From NCBI RefSeq assembly GCF_036321535.1, contig NC_087436.1, positions 103,294,001 through 103,358,000 on the forward strand: a DNA stretch of 64,000 nt, read 5' to 3'. The notes below the pieces were generated by a model. It made no database searches. It worked only from the letters and a program-made list of their open reading frames with translations, and had not been told where the DNA came from. The translations under genes and the position numbers were made by a program. Origin of the DNA: Camelus dromedarius. Lineage: Eukaryota. Each line of letters begins with the position of its first letter. Within the stretch, counting starts at the first letter, position 1. This document shows, one piece after another, positions 39,690-52,545 of this stretch.

Positions 39690-41620
39690 TACCCGACTAG
39701 AAGGAGTATAATTCAGTACAACCACTTTGGGAAACTGGCAATATTTTATAAAACTGAATAACTATATATTTATGATTCAGCATTGCCACTCTTAAGTATC
39801 TATGTTCACCAAAATACATGACCATGAATGTTCTTAGCAGCCCCCTCCAAAATAGCTAAAAATTAGAAACCACCCAAAAGTCCATCAACATTAGAATGGA
39901 TACATCCCTTATGGACTATTCACAAATGGAATATTATTCATATTGCATAATATCTGACTACTGTGTAGAAATATATAGCTGAATTTCACAAATATAATGA
40001 ATCAAAGAAGCCAGACACCGGAGAATATGTCCAGTTGGATTCCATTAAAATAAAATTTGAAATTGAGCAATACTAGTCTATAGTACTGTAAGTCAGCACA
40101 GAGATTACCCTGGGGGGTAGGAGTGAGACAACACCAATAAGAGGACATGAGGAGGGCTCTGCGGGCAGCTGGTAATGTTCCATCTCTTTCATTTTTATTA
40201 AAGTATAGCTGATGTACAATATTATACAAGCTGCAGGTGAACAATACAGTGATTCACAGTTTTTAAAGGTTATACTCCATTTATAGTTATTATAAAATAT
40301 TGGCCCTATTCCCTGTGCTGTACAATAGATCCTTGAAGCTTATTTTACATATAATAGTTTGTACCTCTTAATCCCCTACCTCTACCTTGCCTCTCCCTGC
40401 TTCTCTCTCCCCACTGGTTACTACTAGTTTGTTCTCTTTATCTGTGAGTCTGCTTCTTTTTTGTTATACTCACTAGTTTGTTGTAATTTTTTGGATTCCA
40501 CATGTAAGTGATATCATACAGTATTTGTGTTCCTCTGAATTATTTCACTTAGCGTAATACACTCCAAGTCCATCCACATTGTTGCAAATGGCAAAATTTC
40601 ATTCTCTTTTATGGTTAAGGAGTATTTTATTCCGTGTGTATGTATATATACGTGTGTGTGTGTGTGTGTCACATCTTCTTCATACATTCATCTGTTGATG
40701 GACACTTAGGTTGTTTCTATATCGTGGCAGTTGTAAATAATGCTGCTATGAATATTGGGGTACATGCACCTTTTCAAATTAGTGTTTCTGTTTTTGGTTT
40801 GGGCTTTTTTCTTCTTTTTTTTTTTGGTTATATAGTTAGGAGTAGAATTGCTGGGTCATATGGTAGTTCTTTTTTAGTTTTTTGAGAAACCTCCATACTG
40901 TTTTCCACAGTGGCTGCACCAATTTACATTCCTACCAACAGTGGATAAGGGTTCTCTTTCCTTCACATCATTTGTTATACGTGTTTTTTTTTTTTTTTAC
41001 GATAGCCATTCTGACAGGTGCAAGGTGATAATCTCATTGCGGTTTTGATGTGCATTTCCCTGGTGATTAGCTGTGCTGAACATCTTTTCACGTGCCTGTT
41101 GGCAACTGGCATATCTTCTTTGGAGAAATGTCTATTCAGGTCTCGTATCAAATTTTTAATTGGGTTTTTTCTTTTATGTTGAGTTATATGAGCTGTTCAT
41201 CTATTTTGGATATTAACCCCTTATTGGTCATACTATTTTCAAATATTGTCTCCCATTTAGTAGGTTGTCTTTTCATTTTGTCAAAAGTTTTCTTAGCTGT
41301 GCAAAAAAAGCTTTTAAGTTTAATCAGGTCTAATTTGTCTAGTTTTGCTTTTATTTCCTTTGCTTTGGAAGACTGATCCAAAAAAATTTTGCTAGGATTT
41401 ATGTCAAAGAGTACTCTGCCTATGTTTTCTTCTAGCGGTTTCATAGTTTCTGGTCTTATATGTAGGTATTTAATCCATTTTGAATTTATTTTTATATATA
41501 ATGTTCCATCTCTTGATGTGGGTACTGGTTACACAGATGTAGTAAGTTTCTGAAAATTAACCAGGATATACACTTATGTTCTATAAAGTTTTCTCCATCT
41601 TTATTACAATTTAATAAAGT
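39690..41620 (+). mobile_element. L1ME-like 3' end (39690-40188, 41499-41620) interrupted by a young L1
   Basis: gtacaaccactttgggaaactggc...aagaagccagacac...gctggtaatgttc[insertion]catctcttgatgtgggtactggttacacag. Confidence 0.7.
40189..41498 (-). mobile_element. Young 5'-truncated L1, 1.3 kb
   Basis: Antisense ORF 41184-41444 is ORF2 (KPLEENIGRVLFDI...LIKLKSFFCTAK...MKRQPTKWE). Perfect 16-bp TSD taatgttccatctctt at 40173-40188 and 41499-41514. Confidence 0.95.
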
Positions 41621-43064
41621 AAAATAAAACTAGAAATATAGAAAGATAACTCAGGAGTGATTAGATCTGGAAGATCTTACTGCTTCTAGAAATAATATTA
41701 AATCATATTTGAATAAAATATTCCAACAAAACGTTTCATTTGGATAGGCTGGGATCAGTGCAAAGATAAGGCTGTAGATGTAGCCTTTACATTTAAACTA
41801 GATAGTCCTAAGGAAGCCACTGAGGTCTGATGTCAATAAAGTAAAAGAGGAAAAAAAAAGAAGACGACTTAAGAAGTAAGTTTCAGGAAAAAAATGGTTC
41901 TAGTTCTGACACATGAAACTCAATGAAGATAATAAATAGATTAGAAACCTATTAAGTTACTGAAGAAAATGTATCACAAAAAGAAACCATTAACATTGTA
42001 AGAATGAGCACACCTAGAGCCCAGATCTTGGTGTCTCAATAACATTGTCCACTGAATGGAACCCGAGTTCCTGGGGAAAATGATTAATTTCAAGGCTGGG
42101 GTAGGAAAAACACTATGAATGTGAAGCATTGTCTCCTATGAACCCACTCCTACTCCAGATTTGGCCAAAATACACAGTAGCAAAGGAAGAACTCAGCGAC
42201 CAGAGCCAGGGATTACCAAGATACAAGGAAACGGAAGTGCCTCCCAGAGAACAGGTACAGGGCTCGCTCTTGTCTGTTTCCCATACTTCCTTTTCCAAAT
42301 GTGAGGTTTTATTCTCCTGCTTCACTAGTTGTATACATTGGAGATGAGAAGAGATACATCACGTTCCATTTTAGTTCATAAATCACTGGATTAAGAGGAG
42401 GAATGAATTTGCATAAGCAGGTTATGCTAATTAAAAGGATTGTAAATCAGTCTTGATACTAGATTAGACACAGTACTTAGAAAGAAGGAAAAAAAAGGGA
42501 TGGAGATATATATATATGTATGCATGTATACAGTGATGTTTTCTAATCTCCTATTCACTGAGATGGACACATGTGACTAGCTTTGGCCAATGGGATGAGG
42601 GTAAAAGTGAGATAAACTATGTCCAGATGTGCCGCATAAAACCCCACACAGTCCTCTAGCTCTCTGCTTCCTTGTTGTGGTTACAGAGAGGGCACTTGCT
42701 CTCTGTGGCCTGACTATAAGATTGAGACACTACTTAGAGGACAGAAATGATATATGATATATATATATATATATAAAGAGATCTCATAACCAGCATTGGA
42801 ATTTAGATGAAACTTTTGTAACATTAAGGTACTGAGACTGTGAATTCTATTGTGGGAGTTAGTGTTAATTACTATATTAATATTCACCCTGAGGTGAAAC
42901 AAAGACGAATCAGATGGATCCTGCACTCAAGAGATATTTTGCCTACTGGATTATACAAGACGTATGTTACGGCAGGTTCAGGATGGCTGACGGTTCCTTA
43001 GTACTCTTATCATCACTGCTATGTCCTGACCAAATTTGTTTCACAAAATCATGAGACAAAAAAT

Positions 43065-44940
43065 GATTGATTTTAACACTACTTTTCAGAGCAAATAAAG
43101 GTACACAGCACATTGAGAGGGAGGTATAGAGATCTCCCATATACCCCCGACCCTACACACACATAGCATCGCCCATTATCTACATCCCCCACTAGAGTGG
43201 TTCATTTGTTCTAACTGATGACACTACATTGACACAACATAAAACTGTCTTCCTAAGTGGCTGCACCATTTTGCATTCCCACCAGGAATGAATGAGAGTT
43301 CCTGATGCTCCACATCCTCGCTAGCATTTAGTGTTGTCAGTGTTCTGGATTTTGGCCATTCTAAAAGGCGTATAGTGACTTCTCCACTGTTTTAATTTGC
43401 ATTGCCCTGGTGACATGTGATATGGATTACCTTTTCATATGCTTTTTTTGCCATCTGTATATCTTCTTTACTTGAGTGTCCATTAAGGTCTTTGTCCCAT
43501 TTTTAATTGAGATGTTTGTTTTCTTATTTTTCACTTTTAAGAGTTCTTTGTATATTCTGGATAGCTCTCCTTTATCGGATGTGCTATGGCAAATATTTTC
43601 TCCCATTCTGTGGCTTGTGTTCTCATTTTTTGACATTGTCTTTCACCGAGCACAATTTTTTTAATTTTAATTGTCCAGGTTATTGATTATTTTTTCATGG
43701 ATCATGTGTTTGGTGTTATATCTAATAAATCATCACCATCCCCAGTGTCATCTAAGTTTTCTCCTATATTATCTCCCAGGAATTTTATAGTTTCACATTT
43801 TACATAACTTTCTTTGCTTTCCACTCTGTTCTGTCTGAAAGTAATACAGCTACCTTTATTTTCTTTTAATTAGTGTTAGTATGACTTATTTTTCCATTTA
43901 TTTCTAATCTATATGTATCTTTATACTTAAAGTTGGTCTCTTATAGTCAATATATTGTTGGGTCTTGTTTTTAGATCAACTCTGACTATCTGTGTCTTTT
44001 AACTAGTACATTAGACCACTGAAGTTCAAAGTGATTACTGGTAGAGTTGGATTATATCCACCATATTCTTTATTGTTTTATTACCATTGTTCTTTTTTCC
44101 TTTTTTGTCTTTCCCTCTTTTCCTGCATTTTGTGATTTTAATTGAGCATTTTTTATTACTCTACTTTCTCTCCATTCTTAGCATTTTTTATTAGTGTTTT
44201 CAGTGTTTGCCCTAGAGTTTGAAATTTACAGTTAATCCAAGTCCACCTTCAAACAGCATTATATTACTTCATAGGCAATGTGAGTACCTTGTAATAATAA
44301 AACAATTCTGATTCCTCCTTCCCACCCCTTATATCACTTGTCATTTCATTTATATATAAGCACCCAGAAGCATGTATACAGATGATGTTATTAAGCATAT
44401 GTAATCAAGTATATTATTGCCATTATTACTTGAATAAACTTATCTGTTAGATAAACTAAGAATAAGAAAATAAGTTTTTATTTCACTTCACTTATTCTTT
44501 CTTTTTTCCTCTTCCTTACCTTATTTAAATCTGATTTTCTGACCTACATTAATTTCCTTCTCTCTAAAGAACTTTTTTTTAACATTTCTTGCAAGGCAGA
44601 TTCACTGGAAACAAATTCTTTGAATTTTTGTTTCTCTGAGAAAGTCTGTTTCTCCCTCACTTTTTAAAGATAATTTTGCAGAAATTCTAGGAAGGTGGAT
44701 TTTCCCCTCAACACTTCAAATATTTCACTGTACCGTCTTCTTGTTTGCATGGTTTCTGAGAAGTGGTATAGAATTCTTAACTTTGTTTCTCTATAAATAA
44801 GGGTGATTTTTTTTCTGGCTTCTTTTAGGAATTTTTCTTTATCTTTGATTTTTATAGTTTGAAAATAAGTCTTCTGTTCAACTTTTTACTTGTTAGGACA
44901 GAGTGGCAACTTTCAAACTCCTTACAGAGTGGCAACCAGA
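43065..44940 (-). mobile_element. L1MC/MD-like element with internal deletions
   Basis: Antisense L1MC1-type 3'UTR (gagggaggtatagagatctcccatatacccc...acattgacacaacat), an ORF2 fragment (43427-43636) and upstream L1 parts. Confidence 0.8.
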
Positions 44941-45039
44941 ATATGTGAGTAATGTTTTAAGACATTAAACTCACCCGATATCTGGGCTACGTTTTTTGGC
45001 TTGTCTCAGAAACAAAAGTATGGAATGAGTGCTTTCTGA

Positions 45040-45402
45040 TGCCCAGTCTCTAGAAAGCTTCTATTTCTACTTGGGCTTTTTGTAAGATTTATATTTGGAG
45101 TACTGAACAGTTACGTAAGAACTCCAACTTCCCTGAGGCCACCATGCTGTGAGGAACTCAAGCTAGCTTCCTCATGGAGAGACTAGATGGAGAAAGATAA
45201 TGATGCTTGGCTTTTCCCTGGATTTTCCAGCTCCTTGGCCTCTGAGCCATCTCAGCTGAGTTATCAGATATCACAGAAAATAGACAAGCTATCACTGCTA
45301 TGCCCTAACCAAATTTGTGTTCCAAAGACTCATGAGACAGAAAATACAATTTTAAGACATTTAGCTTTGGGGTAGTCTTTTAGGTAGCAATATATAACTG
45401 GG
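45040..45402 (+). mobile_element. MLT1G/H-like LTR remnant
   Basis: ccctgaggccaccatgctgtgaggaactcaagctagc...ttttaagacatttagctttggggtagt...gcaatatataactgg. Confidence 0.7.
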
Positions 45403-47815
45403 AAAGATGCATTAAAATATAAATATAAATTCAGTCTAAATAGGCATGTATGTGTGTTACACATGCTCATGAGGTAAAAAGCAAAACGGACCACAGAAAG
45501 AAAGGGTCATAAGAGTACAAGTGCAGTGTTAGAATAATACCAGAAAAAAGAAGAAATCACTGTTAGGGGAGGACATATTCCTAGACTGTAAGCACCATGG
45601 AAACAAGCGCTGAGTGCACCTGATTCATCACTGTTACTGCTGTGCCTGTAACATGGTAAAGGTCTATGAATGACAGTTAAATTAACAGACTAAATAAACT
45701 AATGCTGTTGTCTTTTGGAAGAATCTTGAAAGGCCGGATCTTCTTGCTTGAAGAGCAATGGAAGCAGGAAACAGTTGAAAATTCTGGGCTAGTGAAACAG
45801 CATGACCGCCATAAACCCTAGGACAGTATGTACGGAGCCCACAAAGGAGAATAAAGGGCAATTTGGTACATGTCAGGGTGCAAGAACAGTGAGAGAGCAT
45901 ACAGAGGCAGCTAAGGTTTGAAAGCAGACTCAACAGGGGTCTTCCTTCATTTAATAGGCATTGAAAAAGACAGCTTCTTTTTTGATGTAATGTAATAGTA
46001 TTATAAAGACTGCGTTAGGAAGCTGAATATAGAGGAATCTGGGACAGACTGGCAAATCATCTGCAAACATCAGAAGTCAAGAAACAAGTTTTAGGCAGAA
46101 ATGTGAGAAGTTCAGTTATAAACAAAAAGGGTACTCAGCAACTGGTATCAATTACTGAGGTTAGAGTCACAAGCCCCATTATTCAATAATGTCGAAACAG
46201 AAGAGATCTGATGACATCTCGTCCTTTGCAAATACACAAGTCTAGAGTGCTCTGATAACTTAAGGACAGACTTAACATAACATGACTCTTGTTATGCTAA
46301 TCACTGAAATGTATGGGCATTCCCTCAGTGCACCACACGCTAGTCAAGCTGGCAATGTAGTTATTTGAGTAGTGCTTTCTCCTTCCAGGGAAAATGTGGG
46401 CATTTCTGCAACAACAACAATAAATTGAGAGCTTTATTTATGAGTGTGAGTAGGCTGTAGGTTTCAACAGGAGGAAGATGACTATCTGTACTGTCATCTC
46501 TGCTGTTCGGTGTGCTATATTAGGCCACACATGTAAGGAGGAGTGGAACAATAATTAAATCACTGGAGTGTCACTTTCCTCTCTATAGCATCGCTTCTGT
46601 GGGCAAACTAGCAAAAAAAGTCTGTTCTGAGGCTCCAGGAAGCTTTTTTTTTCCCCTTCCAAGATCATGATTTGCAGCATCAAGGACTATCATTTAACCA
46701 CTTCATATTTTTCTTAATAAATGAAATATATTCTCAAGTAATTATAATGTATAAAACTAGATGATATACAACTTGAACCAGCACAGTTTGCTAATTTTAA
46801 AAATGGCATCAGAGACAGGCAGCCTAATTTTCCCCAACAGAGATCCTGTCACTGTGGGTTGATGACAGAAAAAGAGGCTGGCAATATTAGGTTGAATATG
46901 GAGTTCTTATTTAGTTTAAAATATACCGACATGAGGTTGTGTTTTTTAAAAAACTAGATTCTGGGAGGCATGCACAAAATCTCTAACAACAATTTTGGAA
47001 TATCCTTTAAAAATGAAAAAAATGTATGTAAAAATAAAACACATTTAAGTGTTTCTATAAAAATGAATATAACAAGCAGACTGTCATTTTCCCACAGTAG
47101 AATCCTCCAGAAAAATATATAAAATTAGGGACCCTCAATTTTAAAACTGCAAGTGCACATACACATACACACACACTCAGAGACAGAGACACAGAGAAAG
47201 AGTGAGAGAGATTGAGAACAACCATAGTTTGAGGGAAAAACTAATACCTGCCAAGGAACAACACGCAAACAATGGACCGTTAGTCAGGTGTAGTTACAAA
47301 GGATCACATTTTGTTTTTTCTAAATCAATTACTTGGTTACTGTTTTCTTTGTAGTCTGGCTTTGGAATCTGTATTTTAGAGAGCCTGCACTTGACAGTTG
47401 AGAGCACACAAATGCTGGCAGTGCATAAGCTCCCAATGTGCCTAATCTATTTTTATAAGCGGATACATACATAATATCCACGTGACCCCAGTCCCCAATA
47501 CCTGTGCATATATAATACATGAAAAAATAAAGAAGTCAAATTTTCTTCTCCTTTCACTTTCTCCTTTTTTTTTTTTTAAAACAACTCCAGGAGCTTGACC
47601 TCTTACTTCCTTTATCTCCTTTTCCAGTCCTCTTTTGCTTCCCTGTGTTGTCATGTTTTTCCTTTTTAGGAGAAGAAAGGCATATTGCACAGCTGTCCTG
47701 GAGGCACTTTTTATGGTTGTTGTTTTGAGAAACCCTTTCTCCCGCTCTGATGGCAGCCCTTATTAATCTCTTCCTCCTCTCGGTCTCAGCGGTTCTCTTT
47801 CTCTTTCCTGCTTAC

Positions 47816-48006
47816 CAACGGAAACTTGTAGGTGGTAGAAATTCTTTCCTTCTTCCAGGTGTCTGTGCTCCACTGGGAATTGGTAAAAGTGCTGGGTTTT
47901 AAGCTGATCTCCCCTGTGCAAAGCAGGGAGAATACACCATTGGAGCTGAGTTTGCTCTGAAGAGCCAGTATGTTTTGAAGCAGCTTTCAGATTCTAGGTC
48001 AGCAGT
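47816..48006 (-). other. Candidate non-coding first exon (~190 nt) of the minus-strand gene
   Basis: Unique sequence running from an Inr-like TTCACTG (A at 48006) to a strong donor TTG|GTAAGC (GT at 47815-47814). Contains the uORF 47940-47899 (MVYSPCFAQGRSA*). Confidence 0.55.
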
Positions 48007-48320
48007 GAACAGCAGAGTGAGCCTTCTTTATAAAGTCTCACGTTCTGCCTAATTATTCTGAGTTTCAAGAAAGAGCTGCTGACAAACCACTGGGTTAAAG
48101 CAGTTAGATTTAATGAGTTTGATTTCTGCGGATGTGCCTGGGTTTCTAAAGTTTTCCAATCCTGTATCAACTGTCTAGGCTTTCTGGAATAATGCCCACG
48201 CGGTAAAACCTGGGCACAGGGGCCACTCCTCCCTCATGGAGGAGAGTTTCCACGTCTCTAAGTCTGACCATAAAGTCACCACCCCCGTGGGCAGGTTAAT
48301 GGTGTCGTGGTAGATTCCCC
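48007..48320 (-). promoter_or_regulatory. Candidate TATA-box core and proximal promoter
   Basis: TATAAAGA starts at 48032 on the minus strand, 26 nt upstream of the Inr-like A. The region is repeat-free and retains a few CpGs; MIRs resume at ~48400. Confidence 0.5.
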
Positions 48321-48399
48321 TTTTCTTGCTAAGGTTTAAGACAATGACATACGTTTGATTCACACCTAGAGCAACAGAAAACTAGTGGCTGGTATCTGT

Positions 48400-48860
48400 G
48401 AGGAGTGGCTGTTGAACAGAGGGAGAGGGACATCGAATTCATGTGAGCAGAAACTGATGCGAGTGCCGGTTCCAGTACTTACTCTGAAGATTTGTTGAAT
48501 TATTAACGGTTTTCAAATTCAGGTTCCTTATCTATAATTTTGGAAAACGAACTTCCTGAGATTTCTGTGCAGATTAAATATTATAATACATAGAGAAGAC
48601 TCACTATAAACTCCTGGAATATAAACACTCAATGTACATTTTTCATTGCTATTATTATTTCCATAATTGTGATTATTGTGTATAGAATCCCTTAGAATAT
48701 TAGAACATCCAAAAAAACTATGACTGTCTTGTCACAGGTGATATTTAATTATTGATAAAACTGAGACCACGCAAAGATAAATAACTAGAACAGGATCACA
48801 CAGTTAGTCGGTGGAAAAGTTAGACTAAAACCTCAGGGCTTCTGCTTTCTTCTCTGGTGA
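48400..48860. mobile_element. Two MIR remnants in opposite orientation
   Basis: ttcaggttccttatctataa...gattaaatattataatacat (plus) and ttgataaaactgagaccac...gatcacacagttagt (opposite). Confidence 0.5.
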
Positions 48861-50409
48861 TCTGTGCGAAAAATTTAAATAAAACAACAATATCTCATGC
48901 ACAATGTTAAGCTTAAGTCAATCAATCAGTAAATAGTCATTCCTCGATTGATGTATTGACCCATTTGCCCTGACAAAATGACTATGTTACTAATCACTTT
49001 GTTACAATATTCAAGTACATTAATTATCTGGAAGGTTAAAGATGGTCCAAAGTCACAGAGCACAGTAATCAACGAGCCAATTCAGTCAAATTCGATTATG
49101 AATTTTGCACTCTCATTTTGTCTCGACACACAAATCACCATGATAAAAAATGGAGACTGACCTTTAAGCATTTACTTTGAAGACAACTAGTTAAACTCAG
49201 CAGAACAACTGAATTGTCAATTAGCAACCCATTGATTTCTAAATAACCCATTGGTTAAACAAACTCATTAATTTTCTCCTCTTAATCTGTTGTGTGTATA
49301 TACACATGGCTATGTGTGAATATATGTATGTGTGCAGAAGTAAACATGCCTTCTAGCTCCTTGACAGGCTTGCATCCATATGAAATGTATTACAGCATCT
49401 TCTAAAAATAACAGAAATCATTTCACCTGACATACCTGGGGAATGGCATCGCTGGTTGATGATCAATTATATGTAATCACAGTGTATTTTCTCTATGATT
49501 TTGCCCTTGCGATCTTTCTTAAGAGCTTAAGAAACATTTAGGAGTAAGTGCCAAACTCCAGTTACTCTAAATTTATCTTCTCTAATGCCCAAGTAAATAG
49601 ATCATTATGTAGATAGCCAAACAAATGAAGTCCGATTTTCTATTTTGTGGTTGGACGTGTATTGAAAACAAGAAATTCTCTGTACTTTAAAATTTCCTTC
49701 CCATTATCAATAAAAAATCATAAATGTTGCATCTCTATCTGTATTACTCCACAGTTTATATGGTTTTTCTCACATCACTGTGACTCTCATGGAAAGTTGG
49801 GACCAAAAATTTAAAAAAAAAAAAAGAAAGAAGACTTTGCAGTCACCGAGTGAGTGGAAATATGGCCCTGGGACTTCAAGCTCCTACCTGCACACAATGT
49901 ATAGAGTATGATCATAGGTAACTGAAATGCAGACAAGGTTCCCAGAGTAAGCCACTTCTATTCTCATTACTCAGAACTAAACTGAACATCCATTTCTGCA
50001 CCTCTAAATATTCTTTCTGACTGTCCCTGGATAGTGTTCAATTTTTAGTATAATTCAAAAGTTCCCCCAGAGAAAAAAGAACAAACAGCCTCAATTTACC
50101 CTCATAACTGTCTAAATTAGGGACAGGATCTTCCAGCCATCAACACCAATCTCTCCCAGCCTTCCACCTCCCACCTAAACACCCCGCAAAAAATATTTCC
50201 AGACTGTGACTATCTTTTTTGAGAACATCGTTGGTTTAAATGAGGACATCGTACAGATGTGGAGCATGAAAGCCTGAATTTCCACAGAACTATGCTTATT
50301 TCATCTCCATTGTTTCATTAGAGGTGCATTACTGTATGTTCCTAATACCTTCGAGTATTTTTTTTATTTAAAAAATAACTGTAACTCCCATTAATCTATT
50401 AACTGTGGA

Positions 50410-50925
50410 GGTATTAGCATGGTGGTGAACACTGTGGACTCTGCAGTGAACTAACCCTGTGGTCAGATTTTTGCTTCATCACTCTGTGATGTGCTTGGTT
50501 TGCCTTCACTGTGCTTGGGTCCCTTGTCTGTTCAGTACTAATAACAATGTGTCCTCCAGAGTCTTGTTCATTCAATCACTCGTTCAACAAATTATTTATT
50601 TATTATGTGCCAATGGTCAGCCTCTGTCCATAGAACTAGTCTAGTAATTTAGCACAAAGATTAAATTAATGTCTAGGCAGCATTTAATGTAATACCTATC
50701 TCCTAGCAGGCTCTCAGTAATTACTAACATTATTATACTGAAAGCCAATTTAGGTACCACTCTGCTTGGCTCATTGTTATCTTTGAAATCCTCAAATTGA
50801 GCCTATATGAATGTTTTTAACCCTGTTTTACAGATTGGAAAACGGAAGTTCAGAGACATTACTTCACTAAAGTTATACAAAAATAAATATGGGAGTCAGT
50901 CTTCAAACTCAGCTCTGTTTAACAT
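50410..50925. mobile_element. MIR/L2 remnants
   Basis: MIR head (gcatggtggtgaacactgtggactctg), L2 tail (ttcattcaatcactcgttcaacaaattattt) and antisense MIR (ccctgttttacagattggaaaacggaag). Confidence 0.55.
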
Positions 50926-51918
50926 CATACATGTTATCATGGAAGTCGTTTCATCTAAAAAGAGGGCACTAGCCATGTGGGAAAACAGGATAAACCATAT
51001 TTAGTCAAAGGAAACATATTTGCTGCCTTTCAATTAATACAGTCTACTTGAATTTCTTTTCTTTAGCCTCTGAATACTTAAATGAACTTGTTTAACCCAT
51101 GATGGTTACCATATTGTTTTACTTTTAAACATATAATAATATGATAATAAACACTAGCTGGTGATTTTACTGATGCCTATGAATACCTCATTATTATACA
51201 CAGTGAATAATCATGTATATTATAATACATACGAATAATATGTATATTATTCATGAAGTAACCAATGTTATGCTGATATACACGATTAAAGTGCATTAAA
51301 ACAAAAATGTGTAAATTTTAAAACTCTTAAATATTTATGTACAGTTTAAAGATAACTAATGAAGTAATATGATAAACATCACAAGTGAAATGAATCCATT
51401 AAACATTGGCAAAGCTTCAAAGAATCTGATTTACAAGATGTAGTATCTTTCAGTGCCACTGTACTGACAGGCTGTACCTAGCCGATTAGCCAAATAACCA
51501 TTATAATACCCATTAAATCACATATACGGGTATTTTAATACGTTTCATTTATATAAACTAACATAACATTGTTGACTTCCTAGAAATTTCTGGTTAGACA
51601 ATGATATTATGACCTTGACCATGATATTTCAATTAAAAATAATGTACTTGGATAGGCGTGCCATCCTCCCATCACCCGAATTCCTTGTCTTCACATCTGG
51701 CCCCATGTTTGGTTTTACTATGGGTTATTATGTGAGATATGCCTCCTTTCTTCTCAAAGCCAATCTCTTTTATTGGGTCTCCTTCAATTTAATTATGTAC
51801 TTAGAAGATCCAACTTCTCTAATTATGCCTGCTTTTTCATTATTCTGTCTTTCTACAGGAATGTCTAATTACAATACACATTTTATTATTTCCTAACTTG
51901 AAAAAGCAAAGTCATCTT

Positions 51919-52102
51919 TAAGGTTGCCAGATTTAGCAAATAAAAACAGAGCAATAAGTATGACATATACTCAATAAATAAATAATAGACAATAAATACT
52001 TCTTTAAGAGGAAGTACGCTCAATAATTATTCCAAAAAAACCTGCTTATTTAGAATTCAAATTTAAACTTGTCATCCCACACTCTACCTGGTAACCGCCC
52101 TA
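51919..52102. mobile_element. MER53-like hAT MITE
   Basis: taaggttgccagatttagcaaataaaaa ... aattcaaatttaa...tacctggtaacc..cta; palindromic ends match MER53. Confidence 0.75.
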
Positions 52103-52154
52103 AATGCCATCCACAGTGCTCAGTGCAAGTTTGGTGCAGTTGGTTTTTCATTTT

Positions 52155-52545
52155 TGTAAGGCAGGTGCCCGATTCTGACGGCTGAGGCATCCACCTCAAG
52201 GATGAGATCTCCAATAAACACACTGCCAGCCACAGCTCGAGATAAAGAGCCAGGCTGCCTCCCCTACCAGGCTCCTTTATTTTACAGATCTTGGTTGGTT
52301 TCCATTGGATGGCTTGTTTTTGTTTTTATTTTCTCCTCCCATGCTTTATATTCCCCTCTTATGTTTTAAATTCACCAATAAAGAGTGAGTCTGGGAGCCC
52401 CCAGGCATCTACCTTCAACCCTAATAAGTGCAGAACCCCAGGCCTAACACTCTCCTTTGGGTTCTCTCACCCTCCCCTCTTCCCCCTCGCCCTCTCCCCC
52501 ATTTCACTGTGTGGCCCCAAGTGTACCATGTAATTTCCAGAACCT
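52155..52545 (+). mobile_element. ERV LTR, 3'-truncated, within L2 remnants
   Basis: TGTAAG start and LTR-like U3 (ttttaaattcaccaataaagagtgag...cctaataag...ctctcc..tgtgtggcccc). No CA terminus found. Confidence 0.55.

Larger units (their letters stand above)
38998..42890 (+). mobile_element. Degraded MLT1H/I-like MaLR provirus (LTR, internal region, LTR) with nested L1s
   Basis: LTR-like blocks ~38998-39310 and ~42530-42890 share ttccttgttgtggt. MaLR-internal-like sequence lies at 39330-39690, 41630-41990 and 42160-42480. Confidence 0.5.

Noticed and set aside
47816..48006. Assigning a gene symbol to the candidate first exon
   Set aside because: No coding sequence lies in the window and I could not match the UTR exons to a known mRNA with confidence.
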